Shown piece after piece: positions 39,576 through 52,000 of a DNA stretch of 64,000 bases. Source of the DNA: Eremomyces bilateralis CBS 781.70 (taxonomy: Eukaryota); the NCBI GenBank assembly GCA_010015585.1, contig ML975162.1; one strand, written 5' to 3'. The notes beneath the pieces are model-generated. The model had not been told where the DNA came from and searched no databases. It saw only the letters and a list, made by a program, of their open reading frames with translations. Position 1 is the first letter of the stretch. Each line of letters starts with the position of its first letter. Both the position numbers and the translations under genes were made by a program.

Positions 39576-39804
39576 TTTAATTGATATTTTTATTTTGGAG
39601 CCTTGTAATGGAATTTGGTGTGGTGCTAGGAAGAAGAATATTTTACGTGAGGTAAACAAGGCAACCATCATGTGATATGAATCACATGTGCACAGCATGA
39701 TGATGATCGCGAATCTCAACCGCTCAAACTGCGAGAGAGCAAAGTCATAGAACCAAATGGCCAATTTCTAAAATACTACTCCTCTAGAAGAGGATCTGAA
39801 ACTG

Positions 39805-40737
39805 ATGAGCCCAAATCTCGATGTGACAACATCCACCTCTACGGCAGACGCATGCGTCATTTGCCTCGATAACGTATCTGAAAGGGCAGAATCGGTACCG
39901 TGTGGGCACTGCTCATTTGACTTCATATGTCTTGTGAGTTGGTTACAGGAACAGGCTCTATGTCCTCTTTGTATGCTATGCTTGAATTTGTAATGCCAAC
40001 CATATACTGACATTACTGAAGGCAAAGCGCCTACTCGCGCAGTCCGATATGACCATTCCCCCACCGACCCTTCAACTTATAAGACGTTCGTGGTACGACC
40101 TCCCAATGCTCGCCCCCCAAATATCCAAGGACAGTCTGCCTCTTCGAGCCGGCACCGGAACTTCCGCATCATAACTCGCCCGTCGAGACGACCAAATCGC
40201 GCCGTCCGTCCATGGGGGTCAAGGGCAACACCTCCCCCACCTGATACTGCCCTTTTGCGTCGAAGAGAGGTCTACAGGCATGGCCTTTACTCGCTTCATG
40301 TCGGGAGTAACCGCCTTTCTCGGTACCGGACCATCACGCCGGCCATATTCTCACACGATGCAGATCTGCAGCGACGAGCGAGGGCGTGGATTCGACGTGA
40401 GTTGCGAGTCTGGTCCTGGCTGGACCCGGACGCGAGCGGCGACTCTACCCATTCCGGGCCACAGAGTAGCGCAGCTCCGCCAACTCGGAGGGCAGCCAAT
40501 GCAGAATTCCTTTTGGAATACATCATTTCCATACTGAGAACGGTGGATATCAAAGGCGCATCGGGAACTGCTGAGGAGCTATTGTCAGAGTTCTTAGGCA
40601 CAGACGATTCACGCCTGTTCTTGCACGAACTTAGCAGCTGGCTGCGAAGCCCGTTTACGAAGGTTGAAGACTGGGACCGCGCTGCTCGATATCCCGAGGT
40701 TGGTTGGGGCGTTCAGCAGGAAATAACGGATGACTGA
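39805..40737 (+). CDS. RING-finger E3 ubiquitin ligase (Topors-like; intron near 39972-40021)
   Basis: CVICLD...[23 protein letters not shown], followed by [10 protein letters not shown] and [14 protein letters not shown] segments. Confidence 0.82.
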
Positions 40738-40971
40738 AATTGCAACTTTTGCACCCTAGGGACTGAGAAGTTCGGAAAAGCCTATGCGGTTGTTAGGAAA
40801 AAGAGTGTCATGTTTCATGGGATACAGTGGTGGATGCACGGCGGCTATTAACGTTGAAAATGAAAGTTGTTGACTTGAGAAGAAAAGATTTTATTCGAAA
40901 TGAACTACTTGAAAAGAACCAATCTAGAAGGAATCGATCTGAACGGAAAGGGATTAGAAAGGAAATGGAAC

Positions 40972-42417
40972 TTACTTGAAGAGCCTGTTGAAAGTCTGGT
41001 AGATTCCGTCGAGCTCCAATTCTGTGGCATCCCAACTATCTTCTGTCGGGCCCCAAGCGGGCGTGCTGCGGTAGGAGTTCAGGTTGAGACCGTGCCAATT
41101 AGTTTTCGCAAAACCTTTCAGGAAGCTCTCGTGAAAGTCTCCACCGGCATTGGCGCGGCCGCTGTGACGCGTCTGGGGATAGGCACCGTGGAGCTTCTTC
41201 CAGATGACCACCGCCACTGCAGTTGGGTGTACATCTACCGCATTCCTTCTAGCCACGTACTCAGCCAGAGAGTAGAATAGCGATGACTTACCGATTGTCG
41301 GGGTAGACTGTTGCCACCTACGGTTCATTTTTGAGATGTAGGTGTTGATGACCACTGGCGGGCAGGAAAGATCCAAGACCAGCTCTGCGAACGAGTATTT
41401 GGGGTTACGCGATTGTTTGAGGAGACGCTTTACCTGGTCGAGAGGCGTCCTCAAGGCATATTTGCCGATTGCGCCAACGAACGCAACCCAAGAGATGATC
41501 TCGGCCGCATCGAAGGTGCTTCGATGCTGTCGGAATTCCACCGTATCCTTCGCGTAGCGGCTCTCGCTAAGCTTACGAAGATTCCTGTAGTTGACCGCAT
41601 AATTCCGAACTTCGCAGTCGAGAGCACGTTTGAGGCCGTCCCAGGTTTCCACTGATTCGATTTTCGCCGTCCACCAGGCGAGGGGGTCGCTGAGAATTCC
41701 CGGCTTGGTGGCATTGTTGTTGTATCGAAGTGTATTTGGCTTGCTCCAATGGTGGAGGGGGGAAATCCGAGAGGCGGTATGGATCTGATCGATGAACCGC
41801 TCGAAGACGGTGGTAATTCCCTCGATGGTTTTCACTGAACCCTTCGAGAAGCCCCCTTTCTTGGTGCCAATGTGGACGTGGAAGCCCGTATTACCATTGG
41901 TCAGGATGTGGAAATACGACCCGGGCTTGTTGAAGTGTACCTGAACAGCCCTGAGCACTGTTTTGATTTCTGATGACCATTTCTGCTGGTCTGAAAGCTT
42001 GTAGATCGGCGAGTTGAGTTCAATGCCGAAAGGTGTGTATGAACCGGAGTGCCCGAGGTGGGCAAGAGACCTCTCCAATCGACTGTCCTCGTCGTCCGTC
42101 AAGTGAACTGAATTGTCTTCACACACGAGCCACTTCTTGTACATCTCTTTGCTAGTAATCTCGCGACTGTCAACGAGGACGTCGGTTAATGCAGTGTTGC
42201 TGTGAATGGCATGACGAACCTCCATTAATCCCTCGAAGGGTGCCGCGTAGACGACTGAAACTCCGTTGGAGAAAATGTTCGGACGCTTGTATTTCGAGTT
42301 GTTCAGGACCAAGAGAACCAACTCAATCTCCACGCCAATCGTCAACTCTTCAGGTGAGTCATCAAGATTATGAGGGGCGGCGGCCTTGCAAAGACTAGAG
42401 ATCGTATTCTTGAGCAT
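40972..42417 (-). CDS. Putative amidoligase-family enzyme (Amidoligase_2 / COOH-NH2 ligase fold), intronless, 481 aa
   Basis: Ordered motifs TIGVEIE, GIELNSP, TGFHVHIG, RNYAVN and TVEFRQH characteristic of this family. Confidence 0.8.
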   Translation of the reverse strand: MLKNTISSLCKAAAPHNLDDSPEELTIGVEIELVLLVLNNSKYKRPNIFSNGVSVVYAAPFEGLMEVRHAIHSNTALTDVLVDSREITSKEMYKKWLVCEDNSVHLTDDEDSRLERSLAHLGHSGSYTPFGIELNSPIYKLSDQQKWSSEIKTVLRAVQVHFNKPGSYFHILTNGNTGFHVHIGTKKGGFSKGSVKTIEGITTVFERFIDQIHTASRISPLHHWSKPNTLRYNNNATKPGILSDPLAWWTAKIESVETWDGLKRALDCEVRNYAVNYRNLRKLSESRYAKDTVEFRQHRSTFDAAEIISWVAFVGAIGKYALRTPLDQVKRLLKQSRNPKYSFAELVLDLSCPPVVINTYISKMNRRWQQSTPTIGKSSLFYSLAEYVARRNAVDVHPTAVAVVIWKKLHGAYPQTRHSGRANAGGDFHESFLKGFAKTNWHGLNLNSYRSTPAWGPTEDSWDATELELDGIYQTFNRLFK

Positions 42418-43010
42418 ATTGTGGGAGATTTACTTGTTGCAATAGACCGACAAGCTTGAAATCTCTTAGTAGGGCTGCCCAATCAAGCGACGATGGTTGG
42501 TTTCCAGTTCTTCCTCAAACCAGATGTTGGCCTTGACTTATATATAATTTGCATGTTGTCACTGTTGAGGAATAGAAAAGCATTGTTCGACAATTGTGCC
42601 TTAGACAGACTCAGCACAATGGCATAGAGCTTCAAGGACAAAGCATTTGAAATAATGATCTTGTTGCAACGTGTGTTGAAGTGGAAGTTATTGAACAATG
42701 AAGGAACAAAGACTCAACAGAAACAAACTCATGATGCGTGTTCTTTCATGTCCTACTTCCCGAATATTGTAAGCTGACTGTGCCAATGGCACCGAGATTA
42801 GAGTAATACATATCTAAGTGCGATAGTAAGTCTAGGAGAGGAGATCGAACTCTAGACGGTCATCGAAGGGACATTCTAGGAGAGATTGTCTTACTGTATG
42901 CGCAGCCATGATAAGCAGCCAAACAGGAATACATGACCGGAATTGCATAGATAGCCATTTTTCGCCCGCAACATTCAGATATTGTCTTCATAAACTGAAT
43001 GAACCTTACA

Positions 43011-45095
43011 TCAGCATTTCATCTTGATTCTATGTCTTAGCTCCTCTTCCCTGAGCTCGAACATGATCTGAGCCCCAACAAAGAGTGTCCCTGATGCTGC
43101 TGCAACGTAGAGAAGGCCCGACCAACTGCCAACGATGCCGTGTACAAGACTTTTGATTCCATCCAAGCCAATGGCAAAACCGACGAGGTTCGCCACCATC
43201 ATCATTATAATGTTCCCGACGGCCCCGATGCCGCAGATTATTCGGTAGGCATTTGGCCTCGACTGCCATTGATGTTTTGGAAACAGTTTACTGGCAAGAA
43301 CCTCTGGCATCACGAAGAAGGAGACGAGCCAACCCCATTGCAGCAACCGGAGTTGGATATCGTGCCAGATGGCAACGAACATGAAGACCATCAAGAAGTT
43401 GGCTGCTGCATGGAGTTTTCCCCACACTCCTGTTGTGAGACTGCCGCCGAGGGGAATGTAGATGTATCTAACAATCCACCGATTGTAGCTGCGATGCCAC
43501 CCTCTCCAAAAGGCAAGGGCAGAGTAGTTGTTGCTCATGCAACGGACCATATTCTCGGGTGCATCGATTCCATCCAGCAGGCCCCACAGGCGGAAAAACC
43601 GCCAAGGTAGTAACAACTTCAGCCAGATGTGGTGAAGGTTGAAGAAGCCAAGCATGCTTAACTGGAATGGACTATATACGCTCCAGTCTGGTTTGGCCTT
43701 GAATATGGCGACGGCGTATATGAAATGTATGAAGAGTTCCATGGCCAGAAGTGCAGCAAAGAATCTTATTGCGTAGAGCACGGTTCGTTCTCGCGTTACA
43801 CTAGCTGCTCGGTAGCGCAGCTGGGATACATAATCATTGAATGTGAGAATGGGACCGGCGAGGTAAAGGGGAGAGTAGAGAGTATATGCCAGGTAGTTGC
43901 GAAAGTTGAAGTCCATGGGCTTGGCTGGAATGCTCACGCGATCTCGTTCAGAGAGACTAGAGGGGTCGAGCTGTTTCTTCTTTGGCGAATTAGTCCAGTG
44001 CTATAGGTCTAGAGACCACGACGTACCTCAATCGGACTGCCACCCCGTTGATTAAGGCTCCAATAATAGTCCATATTGAATGAAATGAGACGAAGAACGG
44101 TGATCTTGAAAAGAACCTCCCATCTAGGTATCAATCCCTGGTATCGGTCGAGCAACACGCCCCAATTTTCCACGGGAACACCTTTATCGACCATTCCTGC
44201 GCCCTTATGGGGAAATATGAAGGCTGCCACGTTGGCGAGAGGATAGCCTCTCCCGAACTCGTTCGCAAACAAAATAACGATGTTAAAAATCCATGTTGCT
44301 GCGGGTATGTACTTCCGGGGGAGATTCTTCCCTAACTCATAATTGATGTACAGAATAATCAAGACCTTGATCGCAGAGACGCCGTGCAATGCAGCTATGA
44401 AGGCAATTGCGAAAGCGAAATCAAATCGAGCGCGGTATGCCAATCGAGTATCAGCAGCCGCCTGTGCGCTCAATCCCTGGGAAAGCTGGGAATGGGAACG
44501 ATTGACGTTGGGCGGTGGTGCAGTATAGGAATCCAACCGCCAAAACAATTCATAGACTTTTCTTAGGAGAGGATGAAGAATCGCAACAAGAAATAAGTAT
44601 GGAAGATTGTCCCTGAAGGAAGAGAACTGTCCATCGGAGTTGTCCTAGATGGCAGTCAGAGCCAGGAGCATATGGCTACGGCGAACTTTCAAGGAAATAG
44701 AGTCACCATACCACTCGACGCCCGGGAATCCAGCCTTTAGAAAGGAGTGGGGCATATCTTGAGAAACTCGGATGCGATTCTAGTAATTATTAGTCAATTC
44801 GTTTTAGATTCGGACAGAGCATGGTCATAGCAGTACCTCTTGATACATCGATCACCGACCAAAACATCAACAGTACCGCCGTGGAGACGATAAAATAGTA
44901 GAAGTAGAATTCAGTACTCTTCCATTTTGACGGCTGTGCCTCATCGTGGAATCGCGACTTGGCTTTCTGCCTCGAACCAGACGGTTGAGGCTGGAGGCGA
45001 GCATCTGTGTTAGGGGGGTTGGTGGACGGAACTACGAACCTCGTGTCCAACGTCTCAAGCGTGTACAGGCGGGCGAAAAATGCGAGCAAGCTCAT
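43011..45095 (-). CDS. GUP1: MBOAT-family O-acyltransferase, glycerol uptake protein 1 (multi-exon)
   Basis: RLISFNMDYYWS, PLYLAGPILTFNDY, PENMVRCMSNNYS, FWRGWHRSYNRW and FVAIWHD motifs. Confidence 0.92.
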
Positions 45096-45574
45096 ATCAA
45101 ACGCTTATGTGAGTGCATGGATCTAGAAAACAACCTGAATACTGATGTATCATGTATTATCAACAGGTTGAGCCTGTTGAGGAAACGCAAATGATGAAAG
45201 ACAGCCCAGGGGTTTGACGGACTGTTTGTCTGAGACTGTAGTAATGGGGTGATGTCAGCAGGGAGACACGTGAATGTCGGTTAAACTCCGGCACCATACA
45301 TTCCGAATATTCCGAATATTAACCGAAACCTTCCCTGCCACTGGGCGTCTATCATTCACTCCCGGTCGCAGACCCGTCGCGTTTATTCAGAGGAGAGGTG
45401 AATGTACCGTAATTACAGTCTACAGCTAACCTAACCCTGTATGTGAGCTTCGCGATTCTGAAGCTCTACATCCTGGACCCAATGACCAAAGGTTACTAGA
45501 AAAAGATCCATTGACTTGCAATCCCTCGCACCATTATCCGGGACACCTAGAATTGCCAATCTACCGAAGTCCTG

Positions 45575-47139
45575 ATGTCGGCTCCGTCTCAGTTCACAGG
45601 GCCCAATGCGGCCGAATATGGCGGAGGTGAGTTCGTCTCTGTGCTGGCTCGAACCGCACTGATGTGGAAATAGATGAGGTATCTGCGATCGTCTTGGATC
45701 CGGGATACTCCTCCGTACGCGCCGGGTTTGCAGGCGAAGATGCCCCCAAATCGATCGTGCCAACATACTATGGCGCCGCGGATGGCGGCCAGCGGCTTCT
45801 CTTCGGCGAAAACGCCGTCCACGGCACCCAATTCCCCCCCGAAATCCGCAATCCCATGTCGACGGACGGGTTGGTGCAAGACTGGGATGCGGCGACGAAG
45901 CTCTGGGAATACTCGGTCACATCGAGTCTCACGGGCAAGCGGCAGACGCACCCCAGCAAGAACGGACTCAACGACGCCGCGGAAGATGAAGAAGGGGATG
46001 TGGACATGGACGGCGTCGAGGATTTAGAGAAGCCGTTGTCGGAGAATCCCCTGATCATGACGGAACCGGGCTGGACGCCACCCAAGCAGCGAGAGAAGAG
46101 CATCGAAATCGCCATGGAAGACTGGGGCGTGCCGGCGTTCTGGCTCGGGCGGACCGGCGTCCTGTCCGCCTTTTCCGCCGGCAAACCCTCCGCCCTAGTC
46201 ATCGACATCGGCGCGTCGACGACGTCCGTCACCCCCGTCCTGGACGGCATGCTCCTAAAGAAGGGGTGCGTCAAGTCCCCCCTCGCCGGAAACTTCGTGT
46301 CGCAGCAGTGCCGACTGCTCTTCGGCCAATCCGAACCGCCCATCAACATCACGCCGCACTTCATGGTAGCGAGCAAGAAGCCCGTCGACGCTGGCGCCAA
46401 AGCGCAGGCGATGCTGCGGACGTTCGAGTCGGAGATCCCGCAGTCCTTCCGGCGGCTGGGGGAGGAGCGGGTCTTGACCGAGTTCAAGGAAATGGTGGTC
46501 CAGGTCTGGGAGGGGCCGGGGAAATTCCCCGGGGTCACGAACCCGGGCAATCTACCGGCCGACCAGATGGATCCTGCGAAGCGGGCTCAGTTGCGGCCGT
46601 TTGAGTTCCCCGACGGATTCAATCAGGTCTTCAGGATGGAGCGATATCAGCCTGTCGAGGGGCTCTTTGACGCGAAGGCCGCGCTGACGGTACGCCGATG
46701 GCCTGATCCAGTTCATTTCAATTGCTAACTCCAAGTAGGACAAGGACAACCCGGCGCCGAAGCCCGAGCAGACGATCCCGGGTCTGATCGAGCAAGCGAT
46801 GAAGACCATCGATGTCGAGGTCCGCCCGACGTTGCTCAATAATGTGGTCATTGCGGGTGGATCGTCGCTGTTGGTGGGCCTCACGAAGCGGATCGATCAT
46901 GAAATCACCAACGTGCTACCCGGACCGAGGACAAGAATCTTCGCCCCGTCTAACACGGTTGAGAGACGGTATGCGAGCTGGGTTGGGGGAAGCATCCTTG
47001 CCAGCTTGGGGTCGTTCCACCAAGTACGTTTACTCTTCTTTTTCACTTTGTGCGTTGGAACTAACATCGTTAGATGTGGATATCGAAGAAGGAATACGAG
47101 GAACACGGCGCCAATATCATTGAGAAGCGGTGCAAATGA
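45575..47139 (+). CDS. ARP4: Actin-related protein 4 (NuA4/INO80/SWR1 subunit), 4 exons
   Basis: Spliced N-terminus EYGG/DEVSAIVLDPG, RAGFAGEDAPK, and WVGGSILASLGSFHQ/MWISKKEYEE. Confidence 0.92.
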
Positions 47140-47430
47140 AGTGGGTCTGCAATGACAAACCAGTAGGTATCTGGCAACATGGAGTTACCCGGTGGTGGAT
47201 AACGATGGTACGGTCTGTTGTTTTACACAAAGGCTGGCGTATTTGGGAGTAGGTTAAGCATGGTTGGAAGCATTTCCAAACAAAAGCGATGGGATCAAGA
47301 TACTCCAGCCAGCGCCGGTCAATTATAGAAAGTTCGATTGATGCGCCCAATGACCCGATGGAACTCCGTGTATGTCCGGCCTAACCATTAAATGATGTAC
47401 AAGCGTGCATTAAATCTACACGTTGATGGC

Positions 47431-48317
47431 TCATGAATCGACATCCATTTTCTCAGCGGTTCCGGCCGGTTGATCGTCGCCCAGCTCGTGGACCGTCACG
47501 TACTTTGAGATGTCGTCTCGCGTGATCACCTTCTCCTTCAACACCGCGGTCGTGCCCTGAGCAAACTTGTAGTCCCTCTGCTTCTGCGCCCGCTGATTCG
47601 GCGTCCGGAAGTTCCGCATCAACGTCGTCTTCTCCTCTGTGATCACGCACACATCCACATTACTTCCACTCCCCAAATCATTCCAGATTCCCGCCTCGAT
47701 CGCGTCCGCACACAGCTTCACCGCCGCCTCCCGCGTCATCACCTTCTCCCACTTCGTCTCAAACACCGACATGGCCGCCAACGACCCCGACCCCATCGTC
47801 ACGTACGGCAGCTTGTCTGTGGAGCCGTGCGCGTGCACGGTGAAGAGGTGCGGCCCCGTGGGGTCGACGCCGGCGACGACGAGATACGCGCCGATGTGGC
47901 CCTGGTAGCGGAAGAGGTGCTGCTTCAGCAGGGTCATGCAGGTGACGACGCGCGGTTTGCGGCCGGTGAAGAGTCCGTGCAGCTCGAGGTTGGAGGAGAT
48001 GAGCGCGGTGGTGAATTCGGTGTCGGCGGCGGTGCCGGCGCCGGCGCACCAGATCTGCGGGGAGATGTAGTGGAGCTTTTCGCAGTTCTGGAGGAGGGCT
48101 GAGTTAGTGGAGGAGCGAGATGGAGGGAGGGAGGGAAGCTTGCCTTGTCCGCGACGATGGGACCGCTGGTGGCTCGCGTGTCGGCGGCGATGACGACTCC
48201 GCCATCGAAGAGACATCCTACGATGGTGGTACCAGTGGAAGTGGCTTTGGGGAGAGGGACGCCTTGGGCGTGCAACGCGGTATTGCGGTTATGGTTGGAG
48301 AAATCGAAGCCAGGCAT
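47431..48317 (-). CDS. PUP1: 20S proteasome beta-2 subunit; one intron at 48088-48143
   Basis: [12 protein letters not shown] propeptide, TSTG/TTIVG catalytic Thr, [18 protein letters not shown] and DLGSGSNVD. Confidence 0.96.
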
Positions 48318-48550
48318 GGTGACGGGCGAGATGCGAGATGGGTATGTGTAGGGAGCCGGGGAGGAAGCGACGCGGAAAGTCGAAGGGACGAAAGGTAGCC
48401 GAAGGCAGAGTTTGTAGAGGTATAAGAGTAATGAGTGAGTACGGTAAGAGTTGGTGATGGAGTGTTGGCTATATTGTCTCTTGCTGTTTAGCCAGTTGCT
48501 TCAGTTGCAGGAGATGATGAAGCTCAAGGCCGCCTGGACAAGTTGAGGAA

Positions 48551-48610
48551 GGAGCTCCAGCTCTGGAGCTCAGGCACTCAGGCAGACACTCAGGCAGACA
48601 CTCAGGCAGA
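48551..48610. repeat. GGAGCT motifs plus a short tandem repeat (CACTCAGGCAGA x about 3) in the PUP1/NUP159 divergent promoter
   Basis: GGAGCTCCAGCTCTGGAGCTCAGGCACTCAGGCAGACACTCAGGCAGACACTCAGGCAGA read directly. Confidence 0.6.
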
Positions 48611-49087
48611 GGAGCCCTGTCGTGTCGCGGCTAACCTGGCGGGAAATTTGCACGTGGCGGCAATTGGACCATTCACCATGGGATAATAGACGCCACCCCG
48701 GCATTTGCCGCCGACGCGCCTTCGTGAACTCAGAAACATGAGAACTTCGACATTCTGATCAGCGTTGTCATGTAGTTGATAGCTGCATCTGCACTACTAC
48801 TACGGTCCTGTGCTCTTCACCAGAGTGCTCGCCGTGTACATTCACTCCGCACGATTTTCCAACGAAACTTGCAATTCTTCCGCCCCAGCCCGAACCGGCT
48901 GCCCTCTCATTCGTTCCATCGCTCCTCTGATAGCTTCCACTCCGACTACCATCGCGACGGTCACGCGTCTCCTACTCCGTCGCATTCCAGTTCGAAAGAC
49001 GAAAATAATTCGGACAGCACCCAGCAGCGGACTACCCCGTCGAAAGAGCTTGGTCCTGGTTATATCAGGGCAAAACTAGCATTCAGC

Positions 49088-52000
49088 ATGGCGGCAGCAG
49101 CTTTGGGTGGAGGCTTGCCTGCTCCGCAAGCTAATGGAGGACCGGACCTTGATGAAGTGACTACGGATGTACGTTACTCGGTGATGAGTTTGGATTGGAA
49201 TCATCCACTGACCTCATGATACAGAACCTCGGATTCCAGGCCTTAAATGGCGAAACCAAGATCAAACTCCTCCCAACGCCATGGCCCGCCGACAAATTAC
49301 CTCCACCGACCTCCTCTCTACTCAGCATATCCGCCGCGAAAGGGCTCCTCGCCGCAGCAAGCCCCGAAGCGCTAATAATATCGTCGACAGAAACTGTCCG
49401 AAACGCATTCACGGCAGAAGTACAGGGTGTGAAGCAAGTCAAACCGTTCCAGCCACAAGCCACCTTACCTGTCCCGCGTATCTCCCACGTTGCGTTCTCC
49501 GCGAACGGCTCATTCCTGGTCATATGTGCCGAGGACGGCGGAGGATTAGCCATCTATAACGTCGACTCGCTCTCCGGGGGCAACAAGGAGCCCGCTTTCC
49601 AGATCAGCACGAACGGCGTGGCGGTTCGCGCGCTGCTGCCCAACCCTGCACCGGAACTGGAGAAATATTTCGCGGTCGTGCTTACCGGTGCACAGGTTCT
49701 CTTAGCCGATCTCCAGGAAAAGCAGCTGGTGAATGGGACGGCCGGGAATCAAGTTCTTCATCAGAATGTCAGCTGCGTATCGTGGAGCAACAAGGGCAAG
49801 CAATTTGTCGCTGGCCTCGCCGACGGCACCGCTGTTCAATTGGACCCTTCCGGCAATCCAAAAGCGCTGATACCGCGCCCTCCACAGCTTGAAAGTGGCC
49901 ATGCTGGTGAGTCTGCTCATTGATACCCTCGTTGCCTATGACTGACGTGACCTAGTCTCCCAGATATCATGGCTTGCGAATGACAGTTTCTTGATGATTT
50001 ACGCTCCCACACAGTTTGAGGCCGACCGTGCGCCTGACTCAACAGCCTACCTGGTCACACGACAAAAAGGCACGACGAATTTCGCGTTCCAAAAGTTGAA
50101 TGAACCATGTGGACCCTTCGGCCTGAATCGATCCCCCCCACACCACTTCATTTCAAGGCTCCGAGAATGGCCTCCTGCGTTATCAGATTTGATAATCGTT
50201 TCATCGACTGCATCGCAAGACGTGGGGTTGTACACGCAGTCAGCCAAACCCCTAGGGCCGGTCGTGGGCGAGAAGTCGCCAGAGGCTGTGACTAACCAGT
50301 ACACGTTTACTTCGATGGCGAATGACAGTAGACGCGCTCAACTACCGATATCATTCGTAGACGACATGTCGGACACTTCGCCCATTGGCATGTCGCTAGA
50401 CCTATCGAGTCGAGAGAAAGCACATCGGCCGATCCCTGCCGAGGAAGAGATTGAAGAATCTCCTACACCTGTCCCCGCGTTGATGATACTCAATAACGAA
50501 GGGTCGCTATCCGCTTGGTGGATTATCTACAATGATTCTATCCGAGAATCGACGGCTTATCCCGGTCTCGCTTCCGCAGGAACACTCAAGAGTTCGGTGA
50601 GTTCGCAGAAGACAGAGCAACCAACAAGTCCATTTGGACAAGTAAAGCCTCAAGGCTTGGCATTTGGTGCCTCTACCTTTACAAAACCTGCGGCGCCGGC
50701 TTTTGGCTCACCGGGTGGAGGGGCAGCCTTTGGCGGAGCATCTACTCTCGGCCAGAAGCAATCAGCTTGGGGCACTTCTACTCCAGCCGGATCAGCCTTT
50801 GGTGGGCCAGCTGCTTTGGGCCAGAAACCGTCCGTGTGGGGCGGCGCTGCTGCTGGTGCGCCGCAAACCGGTGGTGTCGCCTTCGGTCAATCATCGTTCG
50901 GGTCAACTCCCACCTTCGCAAAGCCTGCCTTTGGTTCTCCGGCTCCGCTCGGGAGTACGAATACTGCCGGTACCTCTTTCGGTTCGGTCGGAGGCATCGG
51001 TGCTCGTTCATCGCCATGGGGAGCTGCTTCCTCTCAGCCTGCGAAACCCGCCGGTGGTGAGAAACCAGCTCCATTTGGCGCCTTTGCAGCATCCGGGAAC
51101 AAGGCCACAGCATCACCATTTGCTACCCTTCCGAAAGATCAAACTCGTGGCTCCGATTTTGGGTCTGGATCGGCCTTGACGGCTACTCCGTCTTCAGCAT
51201 TTGGTACCCCTCCACTGCAAAGTTTTGCCTCAACTGTGTCAATTAACTCGACTACAGGTGGATCCACTATAGGCACCTCATCTTTTGGGAACACTACCAC
51301 CCCTCAAGCGTCGGGAGTCTTCGGTCAAAAGCAACCCGAAGCCCCTGAAACGAAAGACGCGGACATGGATGAGGATACAATGGATGACTCGGCGCCGCAA
51401 CCCGCGAAAGAACCCCTTAAACCCAGCGGGGCATTTGGGGGGACTGGCTTCTCTCTGGGAAGTACATTCAAGCCTAGCACAGACAAAGAGAAGGAAAGCA
51501 CCGGTGATGAAAAGACGGACCAGAAGGCTGGGTCGGCATATAGTTCTTTTGGCAATGCTCTTGGAGATGCTCTTAAGCAACCCAACCTTCCGGTGCCGGA
51601 AACTCCACTGAAGAAAGAGTCTGGATTAGATGGACTCAAACCGACAGATATCTCTACTACATCTGCATCGCCGCCCAAACTGCCTGCCGCGCCCACTTTG
51701 TTCCCAAGCATCAACAAGGAACCAGCAAAACTGCCTGAAGCCGCTCCAGGTCTGACTACAGGTCAACCAAGCACTTCTCCCTTTGGGAAGGCCCAGCAAA
51801 CCGAGGTCGTGGAGGCCGCAGCAAAGCCACTGGATGACAATGATGATGAGGATTTAGAAGAAGAGCCTGAAGTGGCCCCCGAAGACGACGCGCCGCTTCC
51901 ACCAGATCCTACTACCGTTGCCAGACCGAGTTGGTTTTCACAGGCTCCGCCTGGAGCAAAACCCACCTCGTCGCAAGATGGTACAGCGGATAAAGAGGGA

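Noticed and set aside
45426..45438. Telomere-like CTAACCTAACCCT
   Set aside because: Only about two imperfect units, expected by chance.
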